Shown: positions 38,689 to 51,699, numbered from the stretch's first letter. The stretch: 64,000 bases of DNA from Squalus acanthias (GCA_030390025.1 CM059432.1:6696001-6760000), one strand, 5' to 3'. Translations and numbers: made by a program. The notes: a model not told the origin generated them from the sequence alone.

Positions 38689-39745
38689 TGTGTCAGCCGT
38701 GGCTCAGTGAACAAAAGAACATAAGAAATAGGAGCAGGAGTAGGCCATTTGGCCCCTCGAGCCTGCTCCGCCATTCAGTAAGATCATGGCTCATCTGCTA
38801 CCTCATCTCCACTTTCCTGCTCTATCCCCACATCCTTTGATTCCCTTAATATTCAAAAATCTATCGATTCAAAAATCTAGCACCGTCGCTTCTGAAGGTC
38901 AGAAGGTTGTGGGTTCAAGTCCCACTCCAGAGACTTGAGCACATCAATCTAGGCTGACACTCCAGTGCAAGACTGAGGGAGTGCTGCACTGTCGGAGGTG
39001 CCGTCTTTTGGATGAGCCGTTAAACTGAGGCCCTGTCTGCTCTGTCAGATGGACGTAAAAGATCCCACCGCACTATTTTGAAGAAGAACAGGGGGAGTTC
39101 TCATAGAAACATAGAAACTAGGAGCAGGAGTAGGCCATTCGGCCCGTCGAGCCTGCTCCACCATTCAATACGATCATGGCTGATCATCCAAATCCAGTAC
39201 CCTGTCCCTGCTTTCCTCACACAGAATCCCCACATCGAGCCTGCACCTATCCCACCCTATCCCCGTAACCCCACGAATTTAATTCCCCCTAACATATCCC
39301 ATCCTATCCCCACAACCCCACATATTTAATGCCCCCCAAACACTAAGGGTCAATTTATCATAGCCAAATCAACCTAACCCGCACATTTTTGGACTGTGGG
39401 AGGAAACCGGAGCACCCGGAGGAAACCCACGCAGACACGGGGAGAATGTGCAAACTCCACACAGACAGTCACCTGAGGTCAGATTCGAACCCGGGTCCCT
39501 GGCGCTGTGAAGCACCAGTGCTAACCACTATGCCACTCTCCCTGGCCAATATTTATCCCTCAATCAACATCACTAAAAACAGATTATCTGTTCGTTATCA
39601 CATTGCTGTTTGTGGGAGCTTGCTGTGCGCAAATTGGCTGCCGTGTTTCCCACATTACAACAGTGACAATATTTCAAAAGTACTTCATTGGCTGTAAAGT
39701 GCTTTGGGACGTCCTGAGGTCGTGAAAGGCGCTATAGAAATGCAA
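38689..39745 (+). mobile_element. SacSINE1-like SINE split by two insertions
   Basis: SINE pieces at about 38689-38710, 38878-39101 and 39537-39745 join into one colinear copy. Confidence 0.85.
39230..39535 (-). mobile_element. HE1-like V-SINE
   Basis: Minus strand: tRNA head ggcatagtggttagcac...gggttcgaatc and V-domain gtggagtttgcacattctccccgtgtctgcgtgggtttcctccgggtgctccggtttcctccca. Confidence 0.88.
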
Positions 39746-40343
39746 GTCTTTCTCTCTTTTTCTTTCTGTATGTAAAATGTGGGTGAAGGTACTCAAAAGA
39801 CATAAAAGATAACTTTATACCGAACTTTTTAATCATTTAATTATAACATGTGCTGCTTTACGAAGTGCTTTACGAGGTAAGAAACCTTATTTTGAGCCTG
39901 TAGTCAGCAGGCTGAGAGGGAAACCAATATCACGCATTCAACTATTTTCAAGCGGTACTTTGAATGATTTGATTGTTTCTTTTTTTGTCACTTCTCTTCG
40001 TGATGAAGTTTTGCTATTTCACACGAGTTACAAATATAAAATTTAAGCAATCAGCTGGAAGAGATTTGTATATAAATTTAACTGGTTCCAAATGGGACAC
40101 CCGAAGAGTGTTGGACAGGAACTGCGGTTAGGCTTCAGTTTTTATTATGTTAGTAGCTGACCTCCCACGGCACTGTTCGTGGTAAAATAAAGGTTGATTT
40201 AAAAAAAAAGAATTATACCACGTAAAGCAAAATTTTCCAGCTAAATCATAAAGGCATGTTCTTTTAAGGCTACAAGCTGTCGTTGCACGGCAATGTTGAA
40301 ATCGGTGCTTGGGCCCAATTACTTTAATCGTTGCTAAAGTCAA

Positions 40344-41102
40344 GGGCCCGGATTTTCCGGGGCCTGTGATGGCGTACACGGTGCGTACGCGGCTGTATGT
40401 GCCCCGCAAGTTCCGGGTTTCCGTGTGCGATGACCATGCGCGAAAACCCTGAACTTGCGATCTGTTCAGTGTTCAGCTTGACCGATCCACCGTATCCCCG
40501 GGTAATGGACATCCGCTGGCGGAGGGTTGGGCTGTTTGCCCAACTGCTGCCCAGCGAATGCCCGTGAAACTCTTGCGCCCGGTAAGAGCAGGCGTAAGGC
40601 CTTCTTTTACCAGCGTAAGAGTTTAAATAAATATTAAAACTTTAAAAAAAATTATTTAAACATAAAAAAAAAAATCCTTTTAAATTAGTTTAGGTTATTT
40701 TTTGCCCCTTTAAAACATTTAAATTTATTTTTCAAAAATTTTAATTTTGTTTTGAAATGTATTTTAATTAATTTTGAATATGTAATTTATTTTTATTTAA
40801 TTGGTGTGTAATTGTTTTTTTTTAAAGAGGATTCCTATTCATGCTTATGGGGATTCCGTACGTAAATGGAATCCCCATAAGCATAATGGGGATCCCCTTT
40901 TTGATTGGCCAGGCCCACGTGATCCCAGGCGCGCTTGCGAACCGCGTACGCCCCTGGGATACGTGGGCCTTTATGCATGCATACGCGTAGAGGCCCAGGA
41001 GCGCAAGTGTTTGAACCTCTGGGACCTTCAGGTAGGTTCGTACTTTCCTTGCGGTTCAGAAGCATTCGCCCGCGGGAAGCCTCTGACTGCAAATTCAGGC
41101 CC
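40344..41102. mobile_element. PIF/Harbinger-like non-autonomous element
   Basis: GGGCCCGGATTT ... AAATTCAGGCCC; 3-bp duplication (caa or aag depending on register); GC-rich arms around an AT-rich core. Confidence 0.75.
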
Positions 41103-41129
41103 AAGAGTTTAATTGTTTGGTCATAAAGC

Positions 41130-42021
41130 TTTGCCGATTGAAATTTAGTAAGCTGTGAGGAGGACACAAGAGGCTGCAAAGGAATGTAGACGGGTTAAGT
41201 GAGTGGGCAATAAGGTGGCAGATAGAGTATAATGTGGGGAAATGTGAGGTTATTCACTTTGGTAGGAAGAATAGGAAAACAGAATATTAAATGTTGGTGT
41301 CCAGAGAGATTTAGGTGTCCTTGTACAAGAAACACAGAGTTAGCATGCAGGTACGGTAAGCAATTCGAAAGGCAAATGGCATGTTGGCCTTTATTGCAAG
41401 GGGGTTGGAGTACAAGAGTAAGGAAGTCTTGCTACAATTGTACAGGGCTTTGGTGAGACCACACCTGGAGTACTGTGTACAGATTTGGTCTCCTTATCTA
41501 AGGAAGGATATACTTGCCTTAGAGGCGGTGCAACAAAAGTTCACTAGATTGATCCCTGGGATGAGAGGGTTGTCCTATGAGGAGAGATTGTGCAGATTGA
41601 GCCTATACTCTCTGGAGATTAGAAGAATGAGAGGTGATCTACTGAAACATATAAGATTCTGAGGGGGCTTGACAGGGTAGATGCTGAGAGGTTGTTTGCC
41701 CTGGCTGGAGAATCTAGAACGAGGGGGCATAGTCTCAGGATAAGGGGTCGGCCATTTAGGACTGAGATGAGGAGGAATTTCTTCACTCAGAGGGTTGTGA
41801 ATCTTTGGAATTCTCTGCCCCAAAGGGCAGTGGATGCTGAATCGTTGAGTATATTCAAGGCTGAGGTAAATAGCTTTCTGGACTCTAGAGCATTCAAGGG
41901 ATATGGGAATAGGGCAGGAAAGTGGAGTTGAGGTCGAAGATCAGCCATGATTTTATTGAATGGCAGAGCAGGCTCGAGGGGCTGCATGTCCTACTCCTGC
42001 TCCTAATTCTTATGTTCTTAT
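41130..42021 (+). mobile_element. CR1 LINE 3' fragment (~0.9 kb)
   Basis: LYRALVRPHLEYCVQIWSPY and RRNFFTQRVVNLWNSLP with frameshifts; ttcttatg tail. Confidence 0.93.
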
Positions 42022-44109
42022 GAAATGTGCTCTCGTCAGTTTCAGCTTGTAGCTCAGAAGCACCTACCATATAAAATAAAATACATCTTTCACAATAGCA
42101 TGAATTTGCTAATTTTGAATTGCCTTTGCGTCTTTTAATGCCTCCTTTAAGTTCGTACTTCATGGCCTCAGCCAGCCTCAAAAGCTTGGGTTTAAATTTG
42201 ACGTTTTTACCCCAGAAATGTTGCAGGGAGCTTCCAACCACATCTCTGCATTTGTAGAAATTTTCTGCAGTCTGTGCTTCCACAGACATTGAAGGGTAGG
42301 AGGGCGTGTCCTCTCGCCCTTTTACGATTTGTGAGTTTCTTTGATTTCTTTTCCAGAAGGATTTGAAACAAACTGAAATTTGAATTCTCAAAGGATTTAT
42401 CTCAGGCAGGTGTCATTTAAAATATCAAAACCCTTTTTATTGTGAAGTGCTCAGTTAGATAAGAACTCTGATTAATGCACCTATGATGAGCAGCAGCTGT
42501 GGTCTCTTTGTTTTCCTTCCTAACGGTTAACAAAGATTGTTTATTGACTGTGGATTTCTTTTTCCTCCATTGAAAGGTTGAAAATGACACTTAAAAAATC
42601 TCTCTTCTGAACCTTTTCGGAGTTGAGATTCCATTTATTTAACAACTAGGAAAATATGTTAACAGTGAACTTTTGAATGTCCTATATTGTAATGTGTTTT
42701 TGTTTATTGAAATTTGTGTTTATTAACAATTGTAACAGTTGACAAGCTCGTTAAGTGCACTAAAGGGTAACCCTTTCACTTCATGTGTTGGGAAGGCATA
42801 TTTAGAAATTCCACAACCTCTGATTTCCTGTCCATTTAATTTTAATAAGCAGAAAATGATCCTTAAATCCTTTAAGGCAGGGACTTAAAAGACAGGAACT
42901 GGCTAATGGTTATCTCAGGCCACAAGTGGGCCTGCGTACAGTTCGGAGGAGCAGGCTGACTGGTGGGAACATGGTGGGGGGATTGGGGCGTAATGGTTGG
43001 AAAGAGGCCAAGGGCAGTTTGGGTCTCATTCTCCTAAGCCCTCCGTATTCCACAAAGCTTGCTCGACCCCAATACTGCTAGGTCCTGGAAATCCCTTTTA
43101 CTTCCTGAGTCTTGTCCCTCTAATACTGAATACAACAACATTGCTTCCAAATCCAGGGATATTCCATTGCAATGACACGTGTGTAGCGCTTAACATTTTA
43201 CCAATTTGCATTCCCCAAAATGAGATTCCAGGGTAACTGTATTCCCAGTTATTTTATGTAGATGCACGGTGACCAAGAACGATACTTTTGAATGAAGCTG
43301 TGTAGAAATTTATGCTGTTTAGATAAAAACATGACTAGAAGTAGCCTTAAATTTTCAGCGGAAGCTAAAACTGATGGGAGAAATTACAATGTCGTTCATA
43401 AAACTGGCTTTTTTTTTTACATTGGCCAAATTATGTGCATTTTGATGACTGTCAGATTTCAGTATGAGTGAGTTATAATGAAGTAATGGCACTCCCCAAT
43501 TCCCTACTCATGGAGTATGATACTTGTCAAGAGTCATTTGCATGGTTGTAATTGAAAACACTTTCATATGTCTGTTGGCTTCTGCTTTTCAGCTGTGAGT
43601 TTGCAGATGATAGCTGAGAGGCTCCATTATGTCCTTGATGCATGATTGCGTTTGTCAACATTTATGACTATCTTGTGATGCCAACGGGGCACTGATTGTT
43701 AATCTACCAATTACCAGAATTTAGAAGCTTTCCAAATGAAGACTAAGCGTTGTAAACAGGATACTGTAATTGACTTGTAACTTTGTCAGTACTAAGTTAC
43801 ATTGTTGGCTCTCCTGTGGAAAGAAAAGATGGTAACAACAAGACTTCCACGAAACAAAGACTGTTTAAAATTAACCACGCTAAAAATGTTTTACAATTCA
43901 TTTTCCCATTTATGTTTATTTTTAATAGACAAGTAAAGCAAAATTAATAGTATGGGCCAAAACAAATATGTTCTTTTTACTCTCTTGAATTGTTGCCCCA
44001 AACTTGTCTGGCATCAATTCTGACCTGAGTTTTTCATCCACTTGTTCACATTCGAATGTTTTTTTCCAAAGATGTCTGTCAGTCAGCATGTTTCATGTGT
44101 TTTCCTCAG

Positions 44110-44333
44110 CTTTGGAATTTTCTACCCCAGAGGGCTGTGGATGTTCAATCGTTGAGTATATTCAGACCGAGATCGATAGATTTTTGGATACTAAGGGAAC
44201 CAAGGGATATGGGGATAGTGCGGGAAAGTGGAGTTGAGGTCGAAGATCAGCTATGATCTCATTGAATGGCGGAGCAGGCTCGAGGGGCCGAATGACCTAC
44301 TCCTGCTCCCATTTCTTATGATCTTATGTTCTT
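44110..44333 (+). mobile_element. CR1 LINE 3' end
   Basis: Same 3' UTR and tail as other copies. Confidence 0.88.
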
Positions 44334-45339
44334 ATTAACATCCATCCTCTTCATGATAACAGGAGTGTTCACAGAGGGACAATTATTCACACAAATACTG
44401 GTATGGTAAAGGATGTCAACAGCATAAGTCAACATATAATTAAAACTTATTTGAAATTTTTCTTTTGGCAACTTATCAACAATATGATTTCTTGGATGAA
44501 GTAACAACAAATACATTTTCACTAACATGCATTCATTCTGTTGCAACCGTGCCCCTTTTATTCGATGGTTCAGGACTGCTGGAGTCATTGCTGATTTATG
44601 ATGTTTTCTTGAAAAGGCATCAAAGATAGTGCAGGCTTTGGTCTTGATAAATAAACTGGGAAAGAATAAGATTTTACTGTTTGAACTTTTGAGTCACTTG
44701 CCCTTTATTTTGGGTCTAGTTCACTGGTTGAAGATAAAATTCGGGACATTCTGTCCCTGAAAAGTTGCTACTTTACAAGGAGACGGTATTGGCTGGCCGA
44801 ATGTACTCCCGAAACCGCCAGTAACTGCGCAAGTTTTTTTTTATGCCTTCCAATTTGAGATCTGTAATTTCTGCTTCAGCTTTCATTCTTATACTGGGGA
44901 TGTAACTAAAAATGATTGCGGTACCCTGGGATAGCTAATTGCTAAAGCCTGTGTGGAATGCGGATCACTCAGCCATTTTGGCAACGAGCTGAGTAACAGT
45001 GCACACTTTTTTCCTGGCTGTGCCTGAACTAAAGTTAAGCAGAGCGAGATATTTCCCTCTCGGTGATTTACAGCAGATTTGCTGTGAGTCAACGCAACAT
45101 GCAGTGCTAATAGCCTGGACTCTCTAGCACAAAGGAACCAGTATTTCTGTGCTATTTCTAGAACCTTTGGTACCTCGAAAAAAAAAGTTATACATCATTT
45201 TGTTAAATTTTAATTGAGGTGCTAAATTTTCATCATCTGGGATGGACAAATTTTTAAATTAAACGCAGGCCTCTGTGAATCTGCCCAGACACCTGTTTGA
45301 ATTCTGTATTTTTATGAGGCCATTTTTGTAGCATAGAGT

Positions 45340-46438
45340 GCTTGACGGGGTAGATGCTGAAAGATTGTTTCCCCTGGCTGGAGAGTCTAGAACTATAGGG
45401 ACCATAGTCTCTGGATAAGGGGTCGGCCATTTAAGACAGATGAGGAGGAATTTCTTTACTGAGGGTTGTGAATCTTTGGAATTCTCTACCCCAAAGTGCT
45501 GTGGATGCTGAATCGTTGAGTATATTCAAGGCTGAGATAGATTTTTGGACTCTCGGGGAATTGGGGCATGTGGAGATCGGGCAGGAAAGTGGAGTTGAGG
45601 TGGAAGACCAGCGATGATGGGAATTAAAAAGCTAGTATCAGTAATGATGACCATGAAACTACCGGATTGCCTTAAAAACCCATCTGGTTCACTAATGTCC
45701 TTTAGGGCAGGAAACCTGCCGCCCTTACCCGGTCTGGCCTATAAGTTACTCCAGATCCACAGCAATGTGGTTGACTCTTGACTGCCTAGCAAGCCATTCA
45801 GTTATACCAAACCGCTACAAAGATGTATCGCAGACTGCAGCGGTTCAAGAAGGCGGCTCACCACCACCTTCTCGAGGGCAATTAGGGATGGGCAATAAAT
45901 GCTGGCCTTGCCAGCGACGCCCATATCCCGTGAATGAATAAAATAAAATCTTTTTTTTTATTCGTTTATGGGATGTGGGAGTTGCTGGTTGCCCTTGAGA
46001 AGATGGCGGTGAGCCGCATTCTTGAACCGCTGCAGTCCGTGTGGTGAAGGTGCTCCCACAGTGCTGTTAGGTAGGGTGTTCCAGGATTTTGACCCAGTGA
46101 CGATGAAGGATCGGCGATATACTTCTAATTCGGAATGGTGTGTGACTTGGAGGGAAACTTGGAGGTGGTGGTGTTCCCATGAGCCTGCTGCCCATGTCCT
46201 AGGTGGAAGAGGTTACGGGTTTGGAAGGTGCTGCTGAAGAAACCTTGGCGAGTTACTACAGTGCATCTTGTAGATGGTACACACTGCAGCCACGGTGCGC
46301 CGGTGGTGGAGGGAGTGAATGTTTAAGGTGGTGGATGGGGTGCCAATCAAGCGGGCTGCTTTGTCCTGGATCTTATTGAATGGCGGAGTAGGCTCAAGGG
46401 GCCGTATAGCCTATTCCTGCTCCTAATTCTTATGTTCT
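45340..46438 (+). mobile_element. CR1 3' end interrupted by a SINE (+, ~45622-45945) and a LINE 3' end (-, ~45952-46368)
   Basis: CR1 3' UTR stops near 45618 and resumes at gatcttattgaatggcggag near 46369. Confidence 0.82.
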
Positions 46439-46729
46439 GCACAACTCTAAGTAATGGTCACAATTTAGATTGATTTCTGATAACTTGATTTTGCTTTTTT
46501 TATTAAAAGACCATTTTTAACAACTATTATTGGAATGGCACGTGATTTTTACATGCATTCCTAGAACAATACTGCACAGGTTCATAGCTTGCCATATTTA
46601 TTTTCCTTCTACATCTAATGATCATTGTAATGAAGGCCCCCCAGTGTGTCTTGCACTGTGGTGGAGGATTTCAAGCTGCTCCTGCATGTATTTACCCTCT
46701 TTCTAAGCCCATTCTGGTGTAAAACTCAA

Positions 46730-47187
46730 GAAGAAAAAGAAAGAACTTGGATTCATATAGCATCTTTCACGACCTCTGGATGTCCCAAAGCACTTTACAG
46801 CCAATGAAGTACTTTTGAGGTGTAGTCACTGTTGTAATGTAGGAAACGTGGCAGCCTGTTTGCACACAGCAAGCTCCCACAAACAACAATGTGATAATGA
46901 CCAGATAGTTTTTTTTTGTGATGTTGATTGACGGATTAATATTGGCTAGAACAATATTGAGAATTCCCCCGATCATCTTCGAAAATAGCCATGGGATCTT
47001 TTACGTCCACCTGAGAGGGCAGATGTGGCCTCGGTTTAACGTCTCATCCGAAAAGCGGCACCTCCAACAGTGCAGCACTCCCTCAGTACCACACTGGAGT
47101 GCCAGCCTAGATTTTGTGCTCAAGTCTCTGGAGTGGGACAGTTCTGACTCGAGGTGAGAGTGCTACCCACTGAATCACAGCTGACAC
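46730..47187 (-). mobile_element. SacSINE1-like Deu-SINE
   Basis: Near-full-length diverged reverse copy. Confidence 0.88.
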
Positions 47188-47802
47188 TGGAATGTTGACT
47201 ATGACTGTAATATGTTGGACAAATGGGACATTTTTAGCAAAAGGATTTGAGGATACTGGTTAATTGAGCATTAAAGGCAGCAACTCGGGTTGACAAACTG
47301 TTTAAAAAATGAATAGCGTTCTAGGTTAGAAGAGGCATAGAAAATAAAAGCACGGAGGTAGTAATGATCCTATCTAAAACCTTAGTAATACCTCAAGTTG
47401 TTTGCAAACTTTGTAAGTTGAGGTGAAGAATTTTTTGTAGTAGTTGGCAAGCCTTGTAGTACAGCGGAATCTTTCTTACATTCATTCACTGAAATGGTTC
47501 TTGCTGACCGGGATGGGATTCTGTGTAAATAACACACTTCCTGCTGCTGCATGCTTTATACTCGAGTTAGGTAACATCTACGTGACAATAGTTTTATTGA
47601 GAGCTTCCCCTTCAGCCCATTGAAATCATGGCGAATTGAACACATTTTATTCGGTGTATATACTTTTAGGTATTTATATTTATATATTTTATTTAAAACC
47701 TGTATTTTTTTTTACTGTTGGGTTGGCCATTTTGCCCGTACCAATAGAGAATGTCAGGAACTTTGAAACATTGATCCAAAAGGAAGAGCCGCTGTTGTAA
47801 AG

Positions 47803-48545
47803 AAAATAAGAAATAGGAGCAGGAGTAGTCCATGTGGACCCTCGAGCCTGCTCCGCCATTCCATAAGGTTATGACAGATCTTCGACCTCAACTCCCCTTT
47901 CTTGCCTGATCCCCATATTCCAGAGTGTCCAAAAATCTATCTATCTCAGCCTCGAATGTACTCAACGACTGAGCATCCACAGCCCTCTGGGGAAGAGAAT
48001 TCTAAAGATTCACAACCCTCTGAGTGAAGAAATTTCTCCTCCTCTCAGAACTAAATGGTCAACCTCTTATCCTGGGACTATGCCCCCTGGTTCTAGACTC
48101 TCCAGCCAGTATAACGCCGATTGATGCAGTTTGCCCCCACCCCCCCCCCCATTGGCTAAACATTGCATCCAGCAGATGTCATAGTCATAGAGTTATACAG
48201 CACAGAAAGAGGCCCATCGTGTCTGCGCTGGCCATCAAGCCCTGTCTATTTTAATCCCATTTTCCAGCACTTGGTCCGTAGCCTTGTTTGCTATGGCATT
48301 TCAAGTGCTCATCTAAATGCTTCTTGAATGTTGTGAGGGTTCCTGCCTCTACCATCCTTTCAGGCAGTGAGTTCCAGATTCCAACCACCCTCTGGGTGAA
48401 AAAGTTTTTCCTCAAATCCCCTCTAAACCTCCTGCCCCTTACCTTGAAACTATGCCCCCTGGTTATTGACCTCTCTACTAAGGGGAAAAGTTCCTTTCTA
48501 TCTACCCTATCTATGCCCCTCATAATTTTGTACACCTCAATCACC
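47803..48545 (-). mobile_element. Two CR1 3' ends from different subfamilies
   Basis: About 47803-48108 and 48180-48545; ORF 48251-48562 reads IEVYKIMRG...FFTQRVVGIWNSLP. Confidence 0.88.
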
Positions 48546-49044
48546 TCAAATGTCTGGTGCATTTATAGCTGCACTATAGATTTCAAGCCAGACAGAATCC
48601 TTTTAATTCTCCAGCTCGGGAGCGATCTCTGAATATGTGCAGGGGTTTTCTCTCAACAATGAAATGTAAATATGTTTAGCGAGTGTTTAGAGAGTAGGAG
48701 GGGGCTGGTTGTCTCCACTCCCTAAACATTTAAATTAACTCCTGATAGATTTAAAACTGACTCCCTGCGCACCTTTTAAACCTACATGATTTCAAACCCG
48801 TGTTTCCAGGGGAACTGGCTCCAACCTCAGAGTTATACTGCAACTTTAGTGTCGGTGTGATGTGGAAGCTGCTTTGCATCAATACTAGAATTGTATAAAT
48901 ATGCCCCCAGGGCCTCGAGCACCTTTTTTGTGTACCTGGTAAACATTTTGTTCAGTTGCTGTCTCTTGCCATTGTGTTGCAGGCTAACTACTATTCCACA
49001 ATATTAATATTGTAGAATTTTATATTAACAGTTTTAAAAAATTA

Positions 49045-49428
49045 ATTTCATGGGATGTGGATGTCGCCTTCAAAGGCCAGCCCATCACTAATTATCCTCG
49101 AGAAGGTGGTGGTGAACCGGTCTTCTTGAATACAACTGAGTGGTTTGCTAGGCCATTTCAGAGGGCAGTTAAGAGTCAACCACATTGCTGTGGGTCTGGA
49201 GTCACATATAGGCCAGACCGGGTAAGGACGGCAGATTTCCTTCCCTAAAGGACATTAGTGGGTTGAGTTTTTATGACATTCCGATAGTTTCATGGTCACC
49301 ATTACCGATACTAGTTTTTTATTCCAGATTTATTTAACTGAATTTAAATTCCCCAGCTGCCGTGGGATTTGAACTCGTGTCTCCGGGATTATTAGTCCAG
49401 TAACATAACCACTATGCTACTGTACCCA
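49045..49428 (-). mobile_element. tRNA-derived SINE, second family
   Basis: Homologous to 24923-25258. Confidence 0.82.
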
Positions 49429-50061
49429 CTATGGTTGTTAAACACAGGTGCTTGGAACTTCCTGCAAAGGCACAACCCGGAAGTTGCAGCTGAAATAACG
49501 CCCATTATGGCGCCATTCTGCCGATGCCAAAATACGCTCAGATTTTCTGCCAATCTCATTAGCATACGTCTGAACATCATACTTCATGTAAATGACCAGA
49601 AATCAGCGTAACCCAATCGGGACCAAGGAAAGCACTAAACACGCACCATATATTCCTTCTTTTCGTATGACTATTAAATTTTCTTAGTGGCAACGTTCCT
49701 TCCGCGCTTTTTACCCAGCTATTGTGCGCAGTATGTCTGAGATTGGGAAGTCGGAGTGTGCATGCAAACCTTGTATCCCATCAGGTCTGTGCTGTTCTAT
49801 CTTATTCTTCCAACGTGCAGTGTCACTCCAGAGTAACATTGATTGCCATTTTTAAGAAGAAATGAACAATTTTTTCAAGATGCTTGTGACTCCATCAAAT
49901 TAATTTTAGAGAATTGGAATTCAGTTAAAGCCTCTCTTTTTTCATTGTGGCTTAATTTAGATTTGCCTTGACTCCAAGCTAACACAGCTAACCTAATGCC
50001 TGAAGTATGATGCATAATTAGTAATTTAATTAAACAATGATACCTTTATCTTTTCTTCCAG

Positions 50062-50171
50062 GAGCTGTTCTTTTGGCCAGTGTGCAGGGAATTGCAGTCA
50101 ACGTGGACCCAATCCTCTACATATGGCTTCTTCACCAGCCTCAGAAAGGGAATGTGAAACATAGACAACAG
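50062..50171 (+). CDS. VPS13B: VPS13B internal coding exon (likely ortholog of human exon 20)
   Basis: Acceptor ttttcttccag|GAGCTG and donor CAACAG|gtattg; 110 bp, phase 1 to 0. Translates (G)AVLLASVQGIAVNVDPILYIWLLHQPQKGNVKHRQQ, matching recalled human VPS13B GAVLLCSIQGLAVNIDPILYTWLIYQPQKRTSRHMQQ. Confidence 0.95.
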
Positions 50172-50466
50172 GTATTGAGATCATAATGGGATCAATGTCT
50201 GAAGAGTGTAGTTTGTCTGCATTTAAGTTGCAACAGACTTCTTGTTCTGTAACTTTATTGAAATCAAATACCAAAGTGTGGTCTCTTTATTTAGATTAAA
50301 ACATAGAATAGGTATTAGACATTAAAATATTGTTGATGTCTGAAAATGCACATACCATCTATTAGATTTTTGATATGGCATATATAGATCTTCACTTCAT
50401 TTGTCACTATTTTATATTGTGAAAAACAATATACACATTTCTAATGGGAATTTCAATGTTAAAGTA

Positions 50467-50678
50467 AGAAGTCGCACAACACCAGGTTATAGTCCAACAG
50501 TTTTATTTGAAATCACAAGCTTTCGGAGCGCTGCTCCTTCGTCAGGTGTCTTCACTTAACCTGACGAAGGAGCAGCGCTCCGAAAGCTTGTGATTTCAAA
50601 TAAAACTGTTGGACTATAACCTGGTGTTGTGCGACTTCTCACATTTGTCCACCCCAGTCCAACACCGGCATCTCCACA
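50467..50678. mobile_element. Penelope-like terminal remnant in inverted configuration
   Basis: Perfect 81-bp inverted arms 50467-50547 and 50559-50639 plus an unpaired extension; 14-bp TSD tcaatgttaaagta at 50453-50466 and 50679-50692; hammerhead-like core in each arm. Confidence 0.85.
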
Positions 50679-50862
50679 TCAATGTTAAAGTACATTCAGA
50701 TGAGAGGGAGGCATACCTGATTCTAATTTGAGTTTTTTTTAAACAAATGAGTTGAATTTTGAAAACAGAAAGAGAGCCTCTAACACCTGATTATCACCTG
50801 TGTTTTGTTGATGGTTACAAAATATAAATGTTCTAATTACTAACAACTCTCAGACACAAAGA

Positions 50863-51699
50863 GGGCTGGATATTAACTCGGAGGTGGGGCGAGGCGGGGG
50901 ATGCTTTGAGGTCGGAATACCCCGAAAAACGGGTTTCCCGCAGGTCCTGCTGAATTTAACGGCAGGACCTGATTAGCATTTTTAAAATCTCCGTTTCCCA
51001 GCCGCAGCCAGCCAGATTGAGAGGTTAGCTAGCTGTCGGGCGGGTAGGCCTTCGGCACCAGGCCGCAGGCAGGGAGCGGAGGTGGGAGAGTAGGGTGGGG
51101 TGGGGTGGCAATCGGTGACCGGAGGCAAGAGGAAAGATCGGTTGCTGGAGCGGTGGGGAGAGATTGGAGGCTAGAAGGTAGATTGGAGGCTGGAGCAGGG
51201 GGAGATACAGAGGGCAGAAGGTGGATCGGAGGCCAGAGGAAAGATCAGAGGCCGGAGCTGGGGGTGGGGTTGTGGGGGTGGGTGGGAAGATCGGAGGGTT
51301 TGTGGAGAAGATCGGAAGTGTTGGGAGTGGCGGGGGGTGGTATTCGATCGCAGGGGGTTGGTGAAGCAGGTAAACTGGATACAGCAGTAAGTGGAAAGGC
51401 ACTTGCCTCCTGAATCCAGCAGTCCTCGCCCCCCCTTTAGCCGCCGGGTTTCTCGAGGCCCAGGTAACTCAGCCAGCCAGGGTTAAATTTAAAATGGTGG
51501 TTAAATATGAGGCACGCAGCCTTATTATAATATTTAAATGGCCAACCCGCCTCCTGGGAGCGGGTTGCTTGCCCGCCCACTGGTCCCGCCTGTTAAAACT
51601 GAAAGTGGCAGGTTGGGGTCGGGATTCAGATTTTCAACATTTTAATATCATACCCGACCCAAACCCGCCCGTTTTTGAAGGTTAAAATCCCCCCCCCCC
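50863..51699. mobile_element. PIF/Harbinger-like non-autonomous element
   Basis: aga|GGGCTGGATATTAAC ... GTTAAAATCCCC(C)n|aga. Confidence 0.7.

Larger units (their letters stand above)
1..50061 (+). other. VPS13B: 3' part of a >50 kb VPS13B intron
   Basis: I found no upstream VPS13B-like exon by eye; the stretch is repeats and unique noncoding DNA ending in the acceptor at 50061. Confidence 0.75.
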
